Below, piece by piece: positions 18,896-28,158 of a DNA stretch of 64,000 nt. Each line of letters begins with the position of its first letter. The stretch's first letter is position 1. Source of the DNA: a virus; IMG/VR virus record IMGVR_UViG_3300031753_000002, positions 1 through 64,000 of that record. One strand, 5' to 3'. The position numbers and the translations under genes are program-made. Below the pieces are notes generated by a model. The model worked only from the letters and a program-made list of their open reading frames with translations, was not told the origin of the DNA and did not search any database.

Positions 18896-19513
18896 TTACG
18901 CGGTCGGATCATCCCCGAATTCGGAGCCGTCCGTACCGTCGCTTTCGTCGCCGTACTCAGCCGGATCGTCACCGAAATCATCCTCGGCATTCGTCCGGGC
19001 ATCAAGGCGCGGTCCATCGGCCAACTTTTGAAGGTTGTTCATGCCGATCGCAATGCTTTTCCATTTCACGTTTACAAACGGATTCACCGACGCGCGGGCA
19101 TAGCACCCGGCGTAGAATTCTTCCGCTCCGTCCTGCGTGATCCGGTTGCCGTCACGGTCCAAAATGCCGGGACGCGACGTGTAAGCGCTCATAGTAAAGT
19201 AGATGATGCCGGGACCGTAGCCTGCATACTGCTTTTCCTCGCCCTTGTGGAAAGGCACCTTCCAGCCGAGGTCCCTAGCCTCCTTCATGGTGGGCTTCTT
19301 GGCATACTCCCGCGCGAGCGCGTTACATGCCGCCAGAATCGCCTGCCACTTTTCCTTGTCCTTGTCCGTGAATTCGGCCGGATTGAACAAGGCGACGCAA
19401 CTGTAGCGTCCGGCTTGGCCCTCTTGAAAGGACCGCTTTTCCCAAACCTCGGGGAAGCTCACCCGGAACTTGGGAGTCAGTAGCACCTTCTTCGGTGCGG
19501 TCTTGTTTGCCAT
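18896..19513 (-). CDS. DUF2815 family single-stranded DNA-binding protein
   Basis: RVSFPEVW...YSCVALF...FYAGCYARASV...NNLQKLADGPRL; acidic tail. Confidence 0.85.
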   Translation of the reverse strand: MANKTAPKKVLLTPKFRVSFPEVWEKRSFQEGQAGRYSCVALFNPAEFTDKDKEKWQAILAACNALAREYAKKPTMKEARDLGWKVPFHKGEEKQYAGYGPGIIYFTMSAYTSRPGILDRDGNRITQDGAEEFYAGCYARASVNPFVNVKWKSIAIGMNNLQKLADGPRLDARTNAEDDFGDDPAEYGDESDGTDGSEFGDDPTA

Positions 19514-19554
19514 GTCGTTCTCCTATTCACATGATGTTGGCAACGAACTATCCC

Positions 19555-19956
19555 TTAACCCTGCGATTCAGTCGTGTCAATCCCCTTTTCGGGCACTAAG
19601 ACCGACAGTGAGCCGATGCGAGTACGAACTCGCATAGCTTCTTCTGACGGACTTTGCGGCCGGTCCTCTAAAACAAGAACGCCAGCCACGAGCTTCGCGA
19701 CGCTAGCTATAAGCTCGCGATCAATGTACTCCATGTAGAGGCCGTTCACTGCCATCTCGGAAAAGTACATATGAGCGATGGAAACGTTGCGGAGTCGGCC
19801 GCGCTGTTTCAGTTCGTCAATCAAGACCTGAGTGTCGGCGGCATGGACACAGCGGTTTATGATCGCTGTTGTTGAGTACGCTTCGGCGCCGGGTCCGGGA
19901 GTGTACGGCTTTTCGAGTTCTGCACCCGGGTAGCTAACGGCTGGGATCGCAGTCAT
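19555..19956 (-). CDS. Hypothetical protein
   Basis: ATGA-coupled ORF. Confidence 0.5.
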   Translation of the reverse strand: MTAIPAVSYPGAELEKPYTPGPGAEAYSTTAIINRCVHAADTQVLIDELKQRGRLRNVSIAHMYFSEMAVNGLYMEYIDRELIASVAKLVAGVLVLEDRPQSPSEEAMRVRTRIGSLSVLVPEKGIDTTESQG

Positions 19957-20198
19957 AGCCCTAAGACCTTCATGGCGACCGGCGGCTGAATACCGACGCA
20001 TGTCAGTTCGATAACGGCGCCGGCTGCGAGGCGACGACATTCTTCGGGTGATGGCATCCACGTGCTGATGTGATGCACATGTCGGCCGATCCTTTCCTGC
20101 CGAACGGATAGCACGCCACACCGTCCATCTCGTTCCGGGTCCCATCCTTCGGGTTCAAAATAGCTCCAAGCAGCGCCTCTGGTCTCGACGGGGATCAT
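19953..20198 (-). CDS. Hypothetical protein
   Basis: PEGWD..RDG.CG.L.V...S.W.PS.EE...L..G..I.L...G..PPV; GAGG RBS. Confidence 0.6.
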   Translation of the reverse strand: MIPVETRGAAWSYFEPEGWDPERDGRCGVLSVRQERIGRHVHHISTWMPSPEECRRLAAGAVIELTCVGIQPPVAMKVLGL

Positions 20199-20319
20199 GT
20201 CGCTTCCTCTCCAAGAATCATGATGATGCCGGCAATCGTGCCGAGCACGTAGGTTTAGTACCAGAACGCCAAGGTCGTGATCGTCGCTATCATGACGATC
20301 TTCAATAGCTGTTATCCGG

Positions 20320-21606
20320 TCATTCCTCGGGTTCCTCCGCGAAATCTTCCGCGGCGATCGTGGCCGGATCAACCGCCGGCCGTGGGTCGCTATCCGGCGC
20401 GACTGTTAGTCGCCCTTCGGGTTTGACCGCCAGTTCCTTGACGGCTTCTTTGACTAGGGCACGTTGCTCTTTGCCGACGCCTAGCTTCTCGACTTGAGCC
20501 GGGGATTTCACTTTCGGCTCGGTAAGGAATGCGTCGATATCCATGCCGGTCATGTCGCGGAGCGCAAGCGCGGTCGTTTCGTGATCCTCTCGCCATTTTC
20601 GATTCGACTTGCCGCGAACCAGCTTATTACCGGCGACCGGGTTGCCACTCATAAGCTCGGCTTGAATGGCTGCGTTGATGTTGCGTGCCCACTGATCGAA
20701 CAACGGCACCCACCGTGCCTTTTCGGCGAGGTCGCGATTGTCCTTTGGCACGGGTAGCCCTTCGGCCACATAATCGTCCGGATCGTCCTTAAAATCCATT
20801 TGCGCTTGATCCATAAGCGCCTTGTCGAACTCGGGACAGCGCAGTTGCGCTGGGCACCACTTGCACCAGTCACCTGCGCGAAGCAGCGCATTCGGCTTGA
20901 CAGTCTCGGCGGCGGCCTCGCGCAATCGAATTTCAAATAGCTTCAATTCGTCGCGCGTGTATTCTACAGTGCGGACGGTGCCTTCTTCATGGAACGCATT
21001 CGGCTGCACGATCGTCACACGAACGCCTTCCGCATCCGGGTGCTCCCGCAAAATTCCGACTGCGTACGTCATGCACTGTTCGTTGTCGATATGCTCGACT
21101 ACGATATAGCCGTTCTTGTAATCGAGCAAGTGTGCCCATCCGAATGGCTCGACAAGCGTATAGTCCGCGGTACCGCCAAGCCGCGAGTCAAGCCAAGACA
21201 TATCGAGATAGCGTTCCGTGAATACCTCGGGATGGAACATGGTTTCACGGAGCCGATCGCATTCATCGATCGCGAGTTGCACGCCGTCGCACATCTGGTC
21301 ATCGACCACAAATGCGAACCAGCCGGAATTCGGCGCCACGTACTTGACCGGCAAAGCATCCCGCGAAGAGTAGATCATGGATTCTTCGTTGCCGTCCGCT
21401 TTAACCATCACGATCTTGCCGTGATAGGCCCTCGCGTCGTGCTGCCCGAGAAGGATCATGGTTTCGATGATCCTATGCGCGGCCGTACCCCGCATCGCGG
21501 CCTGACTTGCCGGCGACGACGCATCACCGATTAGCCGGATGCTACCTGGGCAATTCATCCACCGGCTTGCAGCCGATGGCGAGAGCTTAGCGTGAGTTTG
21601 AGGCAA
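20320..21606 (-). CDS. DUF2800 / Cas4-like PD-(D/E)XK exonuclease
   Basis: HAKLSPSAASRWMNCPGS, GTAAH, GGTAD, LDYKNG, NEQCMTYA, IVQP, C.WCPA...C. Confidence 0.88.
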   Translation of the reverse strand: MPQTHAKLSPSAASRWMNCPGSIRLIGDASSPASQAAMRGTAAHRIIETMILLGQHDARAYHGKIVMVKADGNEESMIYSSRDALPVKYVAPNSGWFAFVVDDQMCDGVQLAIDECDRLRETMFHPEVFTERYLDMSWLDSRLGGTADYTLVEPFGWAHLLDYKNGYIVVEHIDNEQCMTYAVGILREHPDAEGVRVTIVQPNAFHEEGTVRTVEYTRDELKLFEIRLREAAAETVKPNALLRAGDWCKWCPAQLRCPEFDKALMDQAQMDFKDDPDDYVAEGLPVPKDNRDLAEKARWVPLFDQWARNINAAIQAELMSGNPVAGNKLVRGKSNRKWREDHETTALALRDMTGMDIDAFLTEPKVKSPAQVEKLGVGKEQRALVKEAVKELAVKPEGRLTVAPDSDPRPAVDPATIAAEDFAEEPEE

Positions 21607-21808
21607 CTCGATCCTCCAAGAATTCGACGTAATGGGCCTTCGTACGCCACACCGCGCCGCACGTCAAGCATTCACATGTGGAATACTTGCTCGGTGTTCG
21701 ACGATAGCCGTTGAAGGCGGAGTGATTACAGTTCCGATCGATAACGCGCCACTGATACGACGGCGCGTTACAGTGGAACTGCGTCTGCGGATGCTTGATC
21801 ATTCCCAT
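21587..21808 (-). CDS. Small zinc-ribbon hypothetical protein
   Basis: CNHSAFNG...S.YS..ECLTCGAVWRTKA.YV. Confidence 0.55.
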   Translation of the reverse strand: MGMIKHPQTQFHCNAPSYQWRVIDRNCNHSAFNGYRRTPSKYSTCECLTCGAVWRTKAHYVEFLEDRVASNSR

Positions 21809-22428
21809 ATCCCCAAGGCGGCCGTCGTGGCGAATGTGATCTCGGTCGCCCTAGCCGGGCGTGGTTCTGCGTCAACCCACTGCCCGCCGCTAGGCCAGAA
21901 CACGCGGGCATGATCACCATCCGGCAGTCTTGTTCGATCGTTGAGCGTCACGGTCCCGTCATCATAATAGCTGGCATGGATTTCCGACGCTTCTTGGTGG
22001 TAAGTGTCCCCGGTGACGTAGTGCTCGGCGGAAGCACGAGAGATTAGGCGGATAGTACCGCTATCCCCTTCGGGACCGCCGCCGGGGCCGGTCTTGATAA
22101 CCTGCCAGTCATAGAGCGCGTCGCCAGCGCGAGGCGCATCCGAAATGCCGTAACGGACATTCGTGAACCGGCCGTTGACAATCCAGGAATCAAACGACCA
22201 CGGATGGTCGTGTATGATGCTCACGTTTGGAATCGTGAAGGCGCTGTGCCAGATATTCAAACGGAAGCGTTTGTCATCGTCCAAGTAGGTCCGCAGCATG
22301 CCGAAGCCTTGCACGGACCACTCATAATTAAGCGGCTTTTCTAGCATCGATTTGATCGTCGCGCGAAACGCCTCGGGTATCCATCTGTGCCAATGACAAG
22401 GGATATGCTCTTCTCGCCATGCGGTCAT
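21799..22428 (-). CDS. Cupin-fold (double-stranded beta-helix) protein
   Basis: RLNIWH...IHDHPWSFDSWIVNG...IH, an HxH...H metal site. Confidence 0.6.
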   Translation of the reverse strand: MTAWREEHIPCHWHRWIPEAFRATIKSMLEKPLNYEWSVQGFGMLRTYLDDDKRFRLNIWHSAFTIPNVSIIHDHPWSFDSWIVNGRFTNVRYGISDAPRAGDALYDWQVIKTGPGGGPEGDSGTIRLISRASAEHYVTGDTYHQEASEIHASYYDDGTVTLNDRTRLPDGDHARVFWPSGGQWVDAEPRPARATEITFATTAALGIWE

Positions 22429-22435
22429 TTAGGTT

Positions 22436-22699
22436 TTATCTCCCTTCATGCGGGAACACGTTGCGGTTTTCCGGGTAGTAGACTAGTTCGAATCCGCCGT
22501 CAACGCCACGCTCTATACCGAGCTTCTGGCCGGCGGGTGGCGGCTCAATCTTGAGCCGGGTTGTTTCTGAAAAGTGCCGGTCAAGGACGACGCATTCGGC
22601 GCCGCCATCGTGGTGCCGGAACATGACAAGCTCATATCCCGTTTCGGCCGTGATGCGGATACGATCGCGCGAGACGGGGCGGACGCTGGCGACGCTCAT
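22436..22699 (-). CDS. Hypothetical protein
   Basis: GAGG RBS; operon context. Confidence 0.5.
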   Translation of the reverse strand: MSVASVRPVSRDRIRITAETGYELVMFRHHDGGAECVVLDRHFSETTRLKIEPPPAGQKLGIERGVDGGFELVYYPENRNVFPHEGR

Positions 22700-22760
22700 T
22701 TGACGACCTCTTGAAATACGGCCCCGAACGCGAAGCCGATCGCGACCACGGTTAGATAGC

Positions 22761-23144
22761 TCATTTGATTCTCACATCGTACGCGGCTCGGCGCTGAGGA
22801 ACGGCAATGGCCTTTTGTGGCACGGCGAGCGACGGACCGCCGAGACCGGGCAGTAATTTATTGCGCGCCTCGATCTTCTTTTTCAGGCCCGCGATTAGCT
22901 CTTGCTGCGCCTTGCACGCCGCTTCAAAAGCGACAAGGTAAGCGCCCCACGCTGTCGCGTTTGTATGGGTCGAGAGCGACCGCCACGTCCGCTCAAGCGG
23001 CATAAGCTGTTCCACACGGAAGGTCTTTTCGCTCGAATCGACGATGACTCGGATGATCCGAGTGGGTACCATGAACAACCAGACGCGCCAGCCCTCGGGG
23101 ACCGTGTCGAGCAATGCTTGCATTGCTGGGATGGGCGCGATCAT
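22761..23144 (-). CDS. Hypothetical protein
   Basis: 127-aa ORF in operon context. Confidence 0.5.
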   Translation of the reverse strand: MIAPIPAMQALLDTVPEGWRVWLFMVPTRIIRVIVDSSEKTFRVEQLMPLERTWRSLSTHTNATAWGAYLVAFEAACKAQQELIAGLKKKIEARNKLLPGLGGPSLAVPQKAIAVPQRRAAYDVRIK

Positions 23145-23357
23145 GATATTCTCAGGAGCCGGCGCTTGCTATTGTCCGGCCGCGCGAGCCGGCGCCAGTA
23201 ACACAGCTTGTGCGCCGCGCGGGCCGCGTTGCGTCTTGCCGATCGGTAGCTCGATGCGTGTCGCATTTCAACCTCTTTACAATGCGGATCGATTCGCACT
23301 CCGCCCCGCTCCATAGCAGAGCGCGCACGACTGCGTCAATAGCGTCGTTCCATTCAC

Positions 23358-23663
23358 TCATTTGAAATGCGTCGCCGTGAGTCGATGCGAACCGGGCGTG
23401 AGTTCAATGACAGTCGCACCGCATATGTGCAACTTTTTCCAAAGCCATTGCGGAATCGGGGGGTCTTTCACCTCAATGAATGTGATGTGATCGTATCCAA
23501 CAAGGTCTTTCGCGTATTTGATGACCCGAAGATGGGAATGAGAAGCGCTCGATCCAACCTCATGCAAGAAAGCCTCCACCGCGTCGCGGTGGAGATCGTA
23601 GCAGAATAGGTGCCGGGCGCTGGTCACGTTAGCCCTGTCGTTCGAAGTCTTCGCGTTCGACAA
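23358..23663 (-). CDS. Hypothetical protein
   Basis: ORF in operon context; start uncertain. Confidence 0.45.
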   Translation of the reverse strand: MSNAKTSNDRANVTSARHLFCYDLHRDAVEAFLHEVGSSASHSHLRVIKYAKDLVGYDHITFIEVKDPPIPQWLWKKLHICGATVIELTPGSHRLTATHFK

Positions 23664-23985
23664 TGCCGCGGGCTTCCATGGCGTGCACCGCGATGCCGGC
23701 GATCTTACGAATGATGCTCATAGTCCGATACTCGGGATACTCGGGCGGCTGTTTTTCTTGCGACCATGAAAGCTTGGCTCGGGTGACGTATTCGTCGAGC
23801 AAGAGAATAAACTCGCCGATCCTTAGCGGCGGGTTGTGGCCCCAGCGTATGTCCTGATACTCGCGCTCGCCATCGATTGCATTGTACACCATGTCGCGGC
23901 GTTCGCTCCGCGTCACTCTTGTCGGGAATTTTCCCGATACGCGCGATGCGGATCGGTGGGGCTGTGTAGCGTTCTCTATCGTCAT
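23629..23985 (-). CDS. MazG-like all-alpha NTP pyrophosphohydrolase-like protein
   Basis: AIDGEREYQD.RWG...ILLLDEY...IRKIAGIAVHAME. Confidence 0.55.
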   Translation of the reverse strand: MTIENATQPHRSASRVSGKFPTRVTRSERRDMVYNAIDGEREYQDIRWGHNPPLRIGEFILLLDEYVTRAKLSWSQEKQPPEYPEYRTMSIIRKIAGIAVHAMEARGIVEREDFERQG

Positions 23986-24266
23986 TGGGGGACCTCGTAT
24001 GTTATCGTGATGGTACAGCCGGCAATGGCAGCCTTCGCCGCCTTGATCGGCATTCCTCTATCCATCAGCGGTGCCAATTCCTCAGCGAGGCCGCGCGGCA
24101 AATAGCCGAGTATGCGATTACCCCACTGCACCGCGATGGCGTTCTTGTCGTACTTATTCGTCGGCTCACGCTTAAGCGCCAAACCAGTGCCAATCTTCAA
24201 GCTCTGCACAAAGTCAGTGGCGCCTCTGTGGAACGACGTGCCTACGATCGCTGCGTTCTTGATCAT
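23982..24266 (-). CDS. Stand-alone HIRAN domain protein
   Basis: IVGTSFH...LKREPTNKYDKNAIAV...LGYLPR..AEELAPLMD. Confidence 0.85.
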   Translation of the reverse strand: MIKNAAIVGTSFHRGATDFVQSLKIGTGLALKREPTNKYDKNAIAVQWGNRILGYLPRGLAEELAPLMDRGMPIKAAKAAIAGCTITITYEVPQ

Positions 24267-24378
24267 CGCGGGACCTCGTTAGGCGTATGTAGGCGCCCAA
24301 TCGTTGACCTTGATAAAGAAGACCTTCGTGAAGGGTTCATCATCCTTCAAGCCGGAACCGTACACGCCCCCTACCGGC

Positions 24379-24864
24379 TCACGCGAGCGGGTCGTCGTCG
24401 TTGGCGTCGTCCGCCCCGTCAGGGTCACCGAGAAGACCAGCGCAAGCCTCATAAACCGCATCGTAAAACTCAGGCTTCAATTGACCAACGTTGGTCACGT
24501 TCCCGATTTCGTCGAGCAAATTCAGCGCCAGCTTCGTGCCTTCGCCCTTCTTGCCTCCGGTGCTTTCGTTGCCCTTTTCGATCACGACTCGACGTATGAT
24601 ATCGCGAACCTCGTCTTGAGTATGCTTGCCGCCCGGACCCTTGGTCTGACCGGAGGGCGCCGAACCTGATGCGCCCTTGCCTGCCGCCGGCTTCGCGGCG
24701 GGCTTACCGCCCGGCGTACCGCCCGGCGCTGCACCGGCCGGCTTGTCAGGCTTGACCGTCGCCGCTTTTGCGGGGGCTGCCTCGGGCACGTCTAAGGCGC
24801 GTGGCCTTTTCGCAGCAATCGTTTCGAGAGCGGCTGCGATTCGCTCCAAGAGTTTGTCGGACAT
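24379..24864 (-). CDS. Conserved phage protein heading the DUF2800-DUF2815-PolA module
   Basis: LERIAAALE N-terminus, A/P/K/G linker, C-terminal DEVR...LL..IG...VGQLKPEFY.AV domain. Confidence 0.65.
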   Translation of the reverse strand: MSDKLLERIAAALETIAAKRPRALDVPEAAPAKAATVKPDKPAGAAPGGTPGGKPAAKPAAGKGASGSAPSGQTKGPGGKHTQDEVRDIIRRVVIEKGNESTGGKKGEGTKLALNLLDEIGNVTNVGQLKPEFYDAVYEACAGLLGDPDGADDANDDDPLA

Positions 24865-24900
24865 TTGAAAAGGGACCTTTCGTTGGATTCGATATCGGCT

Positions 24901-24929
24901 TCCTAACCGCTGAATTTCAGCTTGTCAAG
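24901..24929 (-). promoter_or_regulatory. Sigma70-type promoter of the leftward replication operon
   Basis: CTTGAC-N17-TTAGGA on the minus strand, overlapping the palindrome GCTGAATTTCAGC. Confidence 0.5.
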
Positions 24930-25101
24930 TGCGTTCGCAAAATCGGATAGGGTACCGGCATGCATGAGGATGACCATGAAGCTGGATCGCGCGGCATATC
25001 CGGTCGGCCAAGGTCTTACTCATATGTGTTGAGTCCTCTACAGCCGACGCCGGGTAAAAGTCAAGACTTGCAATCTGTAAATCGGAATGATAAGGCGGAT
25101 C

Positions 25102-27336
25102 ATGGGAACTCTCGATATCGCCCTCGATTGGTTGCGCCGTCATCCCGGCCACCACCTGTTTCCGACGAAAAACAAGTCGCAACCGCTTCTCGCGGAATAC
25201 TTGAAAGCGTCCAGCAACAACCCTACGCAAATCCGCACATGGCACGCCTATTGGACTCAGCGGCTAGGCGAGGAACCGTGGTGGGGCCTCGCGCCCGAAC
25301 TGTCCAAGATCGTGCCTGTTGATATTGATACCAAGCCGGGCAAGAGCGGGCAAGAAACATATGAGGCGCTCAACCTCGCCTATGGACCTTGGCCGCCGAC
25401 GCTCGCCGTCGAGACGCCAAGTGGCGGCCGGCATCTGTGGTATGAGGGACCGCACCTATTCGCGCTTGGCTCTCCCAAATCTCAGCACCCTGGCATCGAC
25501 TTTGCGCAGTTCATTCTCCTTCCCGGTTGCGGCGCTTACAAAGCGCTTAACGCTCGCCCAATCGCACCCGCGCCTGAGTGGTTTTACACTATCGCCAAGA
25601 AGCCCGAACGCGACATTGCGGAAACGCAAGAGCCTTCGACAGACCTCGATACCGACGCGGCGATCAAAGAAGCCACGTATTATCTGATCCATGACGCTAA
25701 GCCGTCCGTCCTGTATCAAAATGGCGAGAAGGCGCTGTATAATACGGCGTGTTGGCTCAAGGACCATAGCATCTCGTTTCAGACGGCGTGCGAACTGCTT
25801 CAAGAACACTACAACGTTTTCCCCACATGCGACCCGCTGTGGAATTACGACGATGGTCCGGCGGCTGACCAGCTTGTCGTCAAAGTCCGCAACACCTACA
25901 CCTACGCCAAAGAGAACGCGCCGGGCGAGAAGACGCCTGAGTCAGAATTCCGCGATGATGCGCCCGAACCGTTGACGCCGGCAGAGAAGAAAGCCGAGAA
26001 GAAAGCCACCAAGGAAAAGGCGCAAACTGAGAAGCTAGTCAAGCGCCCTCCCGAGGAACGTAGCCGCATCTGGACCTTCGCCGAGCTTTGCGATGAATGG
26101 GTTTGGCTGACCGTAATTGACCGCTTCTTGTTGCGCGCCGAGCCGGACATGATGTTGAAAACGGAAATCTTCGACAAGGCGTTCGCGTATGCTCGACCGG
26201 GCAAGGCAACGAAGCTCTCAAAGGCCATGTTCGATAAAGCGACCAAAACAATCCGAAAGCTCAAACGATCTGTGTTCATGCCCGGCAAACCAGAATTCCT
26301 TAATCACGGCCTCGATTACAATCTGTGGCGCCCTTCGTTGATCGTGCCCGCGCAAGGCGACACGACGCTTTGGAATGCGCATCTCGACTATCTCTTTCCT
26401 GATTCAGTGGACCGCGACCATGTGCTGAATTGGCTGGCGTGGTTCCTACAAAATATTGGCTTGAAACCGAAGCATGCATTGCTGATTGCCGGCCGTATCC
26501 AAGGTACAGGCAAGAGCTTCATCGCCGAGGTTCTATCGCACATTATCGGAACAAAGAACGTTTCACCTATCGGTTCTGCCGAACTGTCTAGTACGTTCAA
26601 CAAATGGGCCATGGGATGTAAGCTTTTGTTATGCGAGGAACTGCGCGCGCTTGAAAGGGGCGAGGTCGCAAAGAAGCTGCACCCGATCATCACGCAAGAG
26701 GCAATCCCGATCAACAACAAGAACCAAGAGACGTTTGTTGCCGACAACTGCTTTGGCGTGTTTGCGATGACAAATGACGATGCCGCCATTCCACTTGACG
26801 GGACAGACCGCCGCTACCTTGTCGTGCGGACCAAGGCCAAGCCGAACCCCGATGCCTACTACAAGACGCTCTATGGTATTCTCAAAGATCAAAGCGCACT
26901 TGGCGCTATCGCCTGGGAGTTGATGCACCGCGACGTTGGCGCTTACGACGGTCAAGCCAAGGCGCCCTACACGGTCGCTAAGGGCGATATGATAGAGGCT
27001 GGCCTGAGCGATCTTGAACATTGGATAGTCGAGCATTCGAAGCAGCCACCATTCACGCGGCGCGTCATCTGCATTGACGACGTGATCGAAATACTGCCAG
27101 CGCGCTTGCATCGGCAACAGCGTCTTGGCAATACGATTGCCTCGATCTTGCGTTCACGATTCCAAGGGGAAAAGATAGGGCAATACCGCTGCGGCGGGGA
27201 ATTCAAGATGTTGTGGGGTATCAACGGATTTAAGCCGTGGAAGGAAGATGGCAGCCTCGGGAAAATCTATATGAAAGACCGCCAGGACGGTCCCGCCCCG
27301 GCGGCCCAAGACTTTGCAGAAGATGCCGGCGCCTAG
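25102..27336 (+). CDS. Bifunctional primase-polymerase / SF3 (DUF5906) helicase
   Basis: VDIDTK, TPSGGRHLWY (Prim-Pol); GIQGTGKS-type Walker A (GRIQGTGKS), LLCEE, MTN, DRRYLV. Confidence 0.88.
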   Translation: MGTLDIALDWLRRHPGHHLFPTKNKSQPLLAEYLKASSNNPTQIRTWHAYWTQRLGEEPWWGLAPELSKIVPVDIDTKPGKSGQETYEALNLAYGPWPPTLAVETPSGGRHLWYEGPHLFALGSPKSQHPGIDFAQFILLPGCGAYKALNARPIAPAPEWFYTIAKKPERDIAETQEPSTDLDTDAAIKEATYYLIHDAKPSVLYQNGEKALYNTACWLKDHSISFQTACELLQEHYNVFPTCDPLWNYDDGPAADQLVVKVRNTYTYAKENAPGEKTPESEFRDDAPEPLTPAEKKAEKKATKEKAQTEKLVKRPPEERSRIWTFAELCDEWVWLTVIDRFLLRAEPDMMLKTEIFDKAFAYARPGKATKLSKAMFDKATKTIRKLKRSVFMPGKPEFLNHGLDYNLWRPSLIVPAQGDTTLWNAHLDYLFPDSVDRDHVLNWLAWFLQNIGLKPKHALLIAGRIQGTGKSFIAEVLSHIIGTKNVSPIGSAELSSTFNKWAMGCKLLLCEELRALERGEVAKKLHPIITQEAIPINNKNQETFVADNCFGVFAMTNDDAAIPLDGTDRRYLVVRTKAKPNPDAYYKTLYGILKDQSALGAIAWELMHRDVGAYDGQAKAPYTVAKGDMIEAGLSDLEHWIVEHSKQPPFTRRVICIDDVIEILPARLHRQQRLGNTIASILRSRFQGEKIGQYRCGGEFKMLWGINGFKPWKEDGSLGKIYMKDRQDGPAPAAQDFAEDAGA

Positions 27337-27563
27337 TCAGTCAAGACGCCGACCGCCAAAATCCAATCGTCGAAATTCTCGATGACCTCCGCGATGGCAT
27401 CGGCCGCTTCCAACGATTCGGTCGCTTCGTCTTCCCGGCCTTCCTTGGATTCGAGCCGCTCGGCGCGCTCCCGTTCGCTGGCCTCCGCCTTTTCCAGCTT
27501 GCCCTTGGCCTTCTCCAAGAACGCGCCGGCTTCGTTGATTGCCTTCACACTGCTAGCCTTCAT
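27333..27563 (-). CDS. Small acidic helical protein with its own promoter
   Basis: GGAG RBS; E/D-rich; CTTGAC-N17 promoter at 27602-27630. Confidence 0.6.
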   Translation of the reverse strand: MKASSVKAINEAGAFLEKAKGKLEKAEASERERAERLESKEGREDEATESLEAADAIAEVIENFDDWILAVGVLTD

Positions 27564-27601
27564 GATCTTCTCCCATTGGGGTTTGAGTGCAACGGCGCGA
27601 A

Positions 27602-27630
27602 CATGACGCGCCGTTTACGTTTTTGTCAAG
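27602..27630 (-). promoter_or_regulatory. Sigma70-type promoter
   Basis: CTTGAC-N17-GTCATG(TT) on the minus strand. Confidence 0.45.
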
Positions 27631-27764
27631 TCGCTTTCACACAGCGACTTGTCTCATTTGGTCCGCCGCGCTCTTAGCGATGAACCCCCTGTGCACGCTC
27701 CAAGGTTCAATCCTCGGGCTTGGCGTTTTGAATTTCTTGATTTTGGCGGTGCGTAATAGCTATG

Positions 27765-28016
27765 TCAAGACCGTCGAGAGAACTGGCGCAGTCGGGTGCC
27801 GGCCCCGGTGTAAAGCTTGAGCATCTCTTGGACCGCCGCGGTGTCGATTCGAAGGCGGGTTACCGCCTCGCCGACCGTCTCGCCGGATAGCAGGCAAACG
27901 GAGGCGAGCGCCCCGGCGGCCATGGAAAGGGCATGTTCGCGGTTCCAGGGCTGGCATGTCGCGGCCCGCCGCAGGAAGGCGAGCGTTTGCTGTTCGGAGG
28001 TTTTTTGCGTCCTCAT
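27765..28016 (-). CDS. Hypothetical protein
   Basis: GAGG upstream of MRTQKT. Confidence 0.45.
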   Translation of the reverse strand: MRTQKTSEQQTLAFLRRAATCQPWNREHALSMAAGALASVCLLSGETVGEAVTRLRIDTAAVQEMLKLYTGAGTRLRQFSRRS

Positions 28017-28158
28017 AGGATGAAATCCTCGCGAAGCTTTTTGGCTAGACCGATATTCGCTCCGCCAGGTCTTTGTTGACTTGGGCATCGGTCCCTGGTC
28101 AGCGCGAGCGATGAGTGAGATCAACATTTTGGTGGACTTGGACCCTTCGGTGACTATG

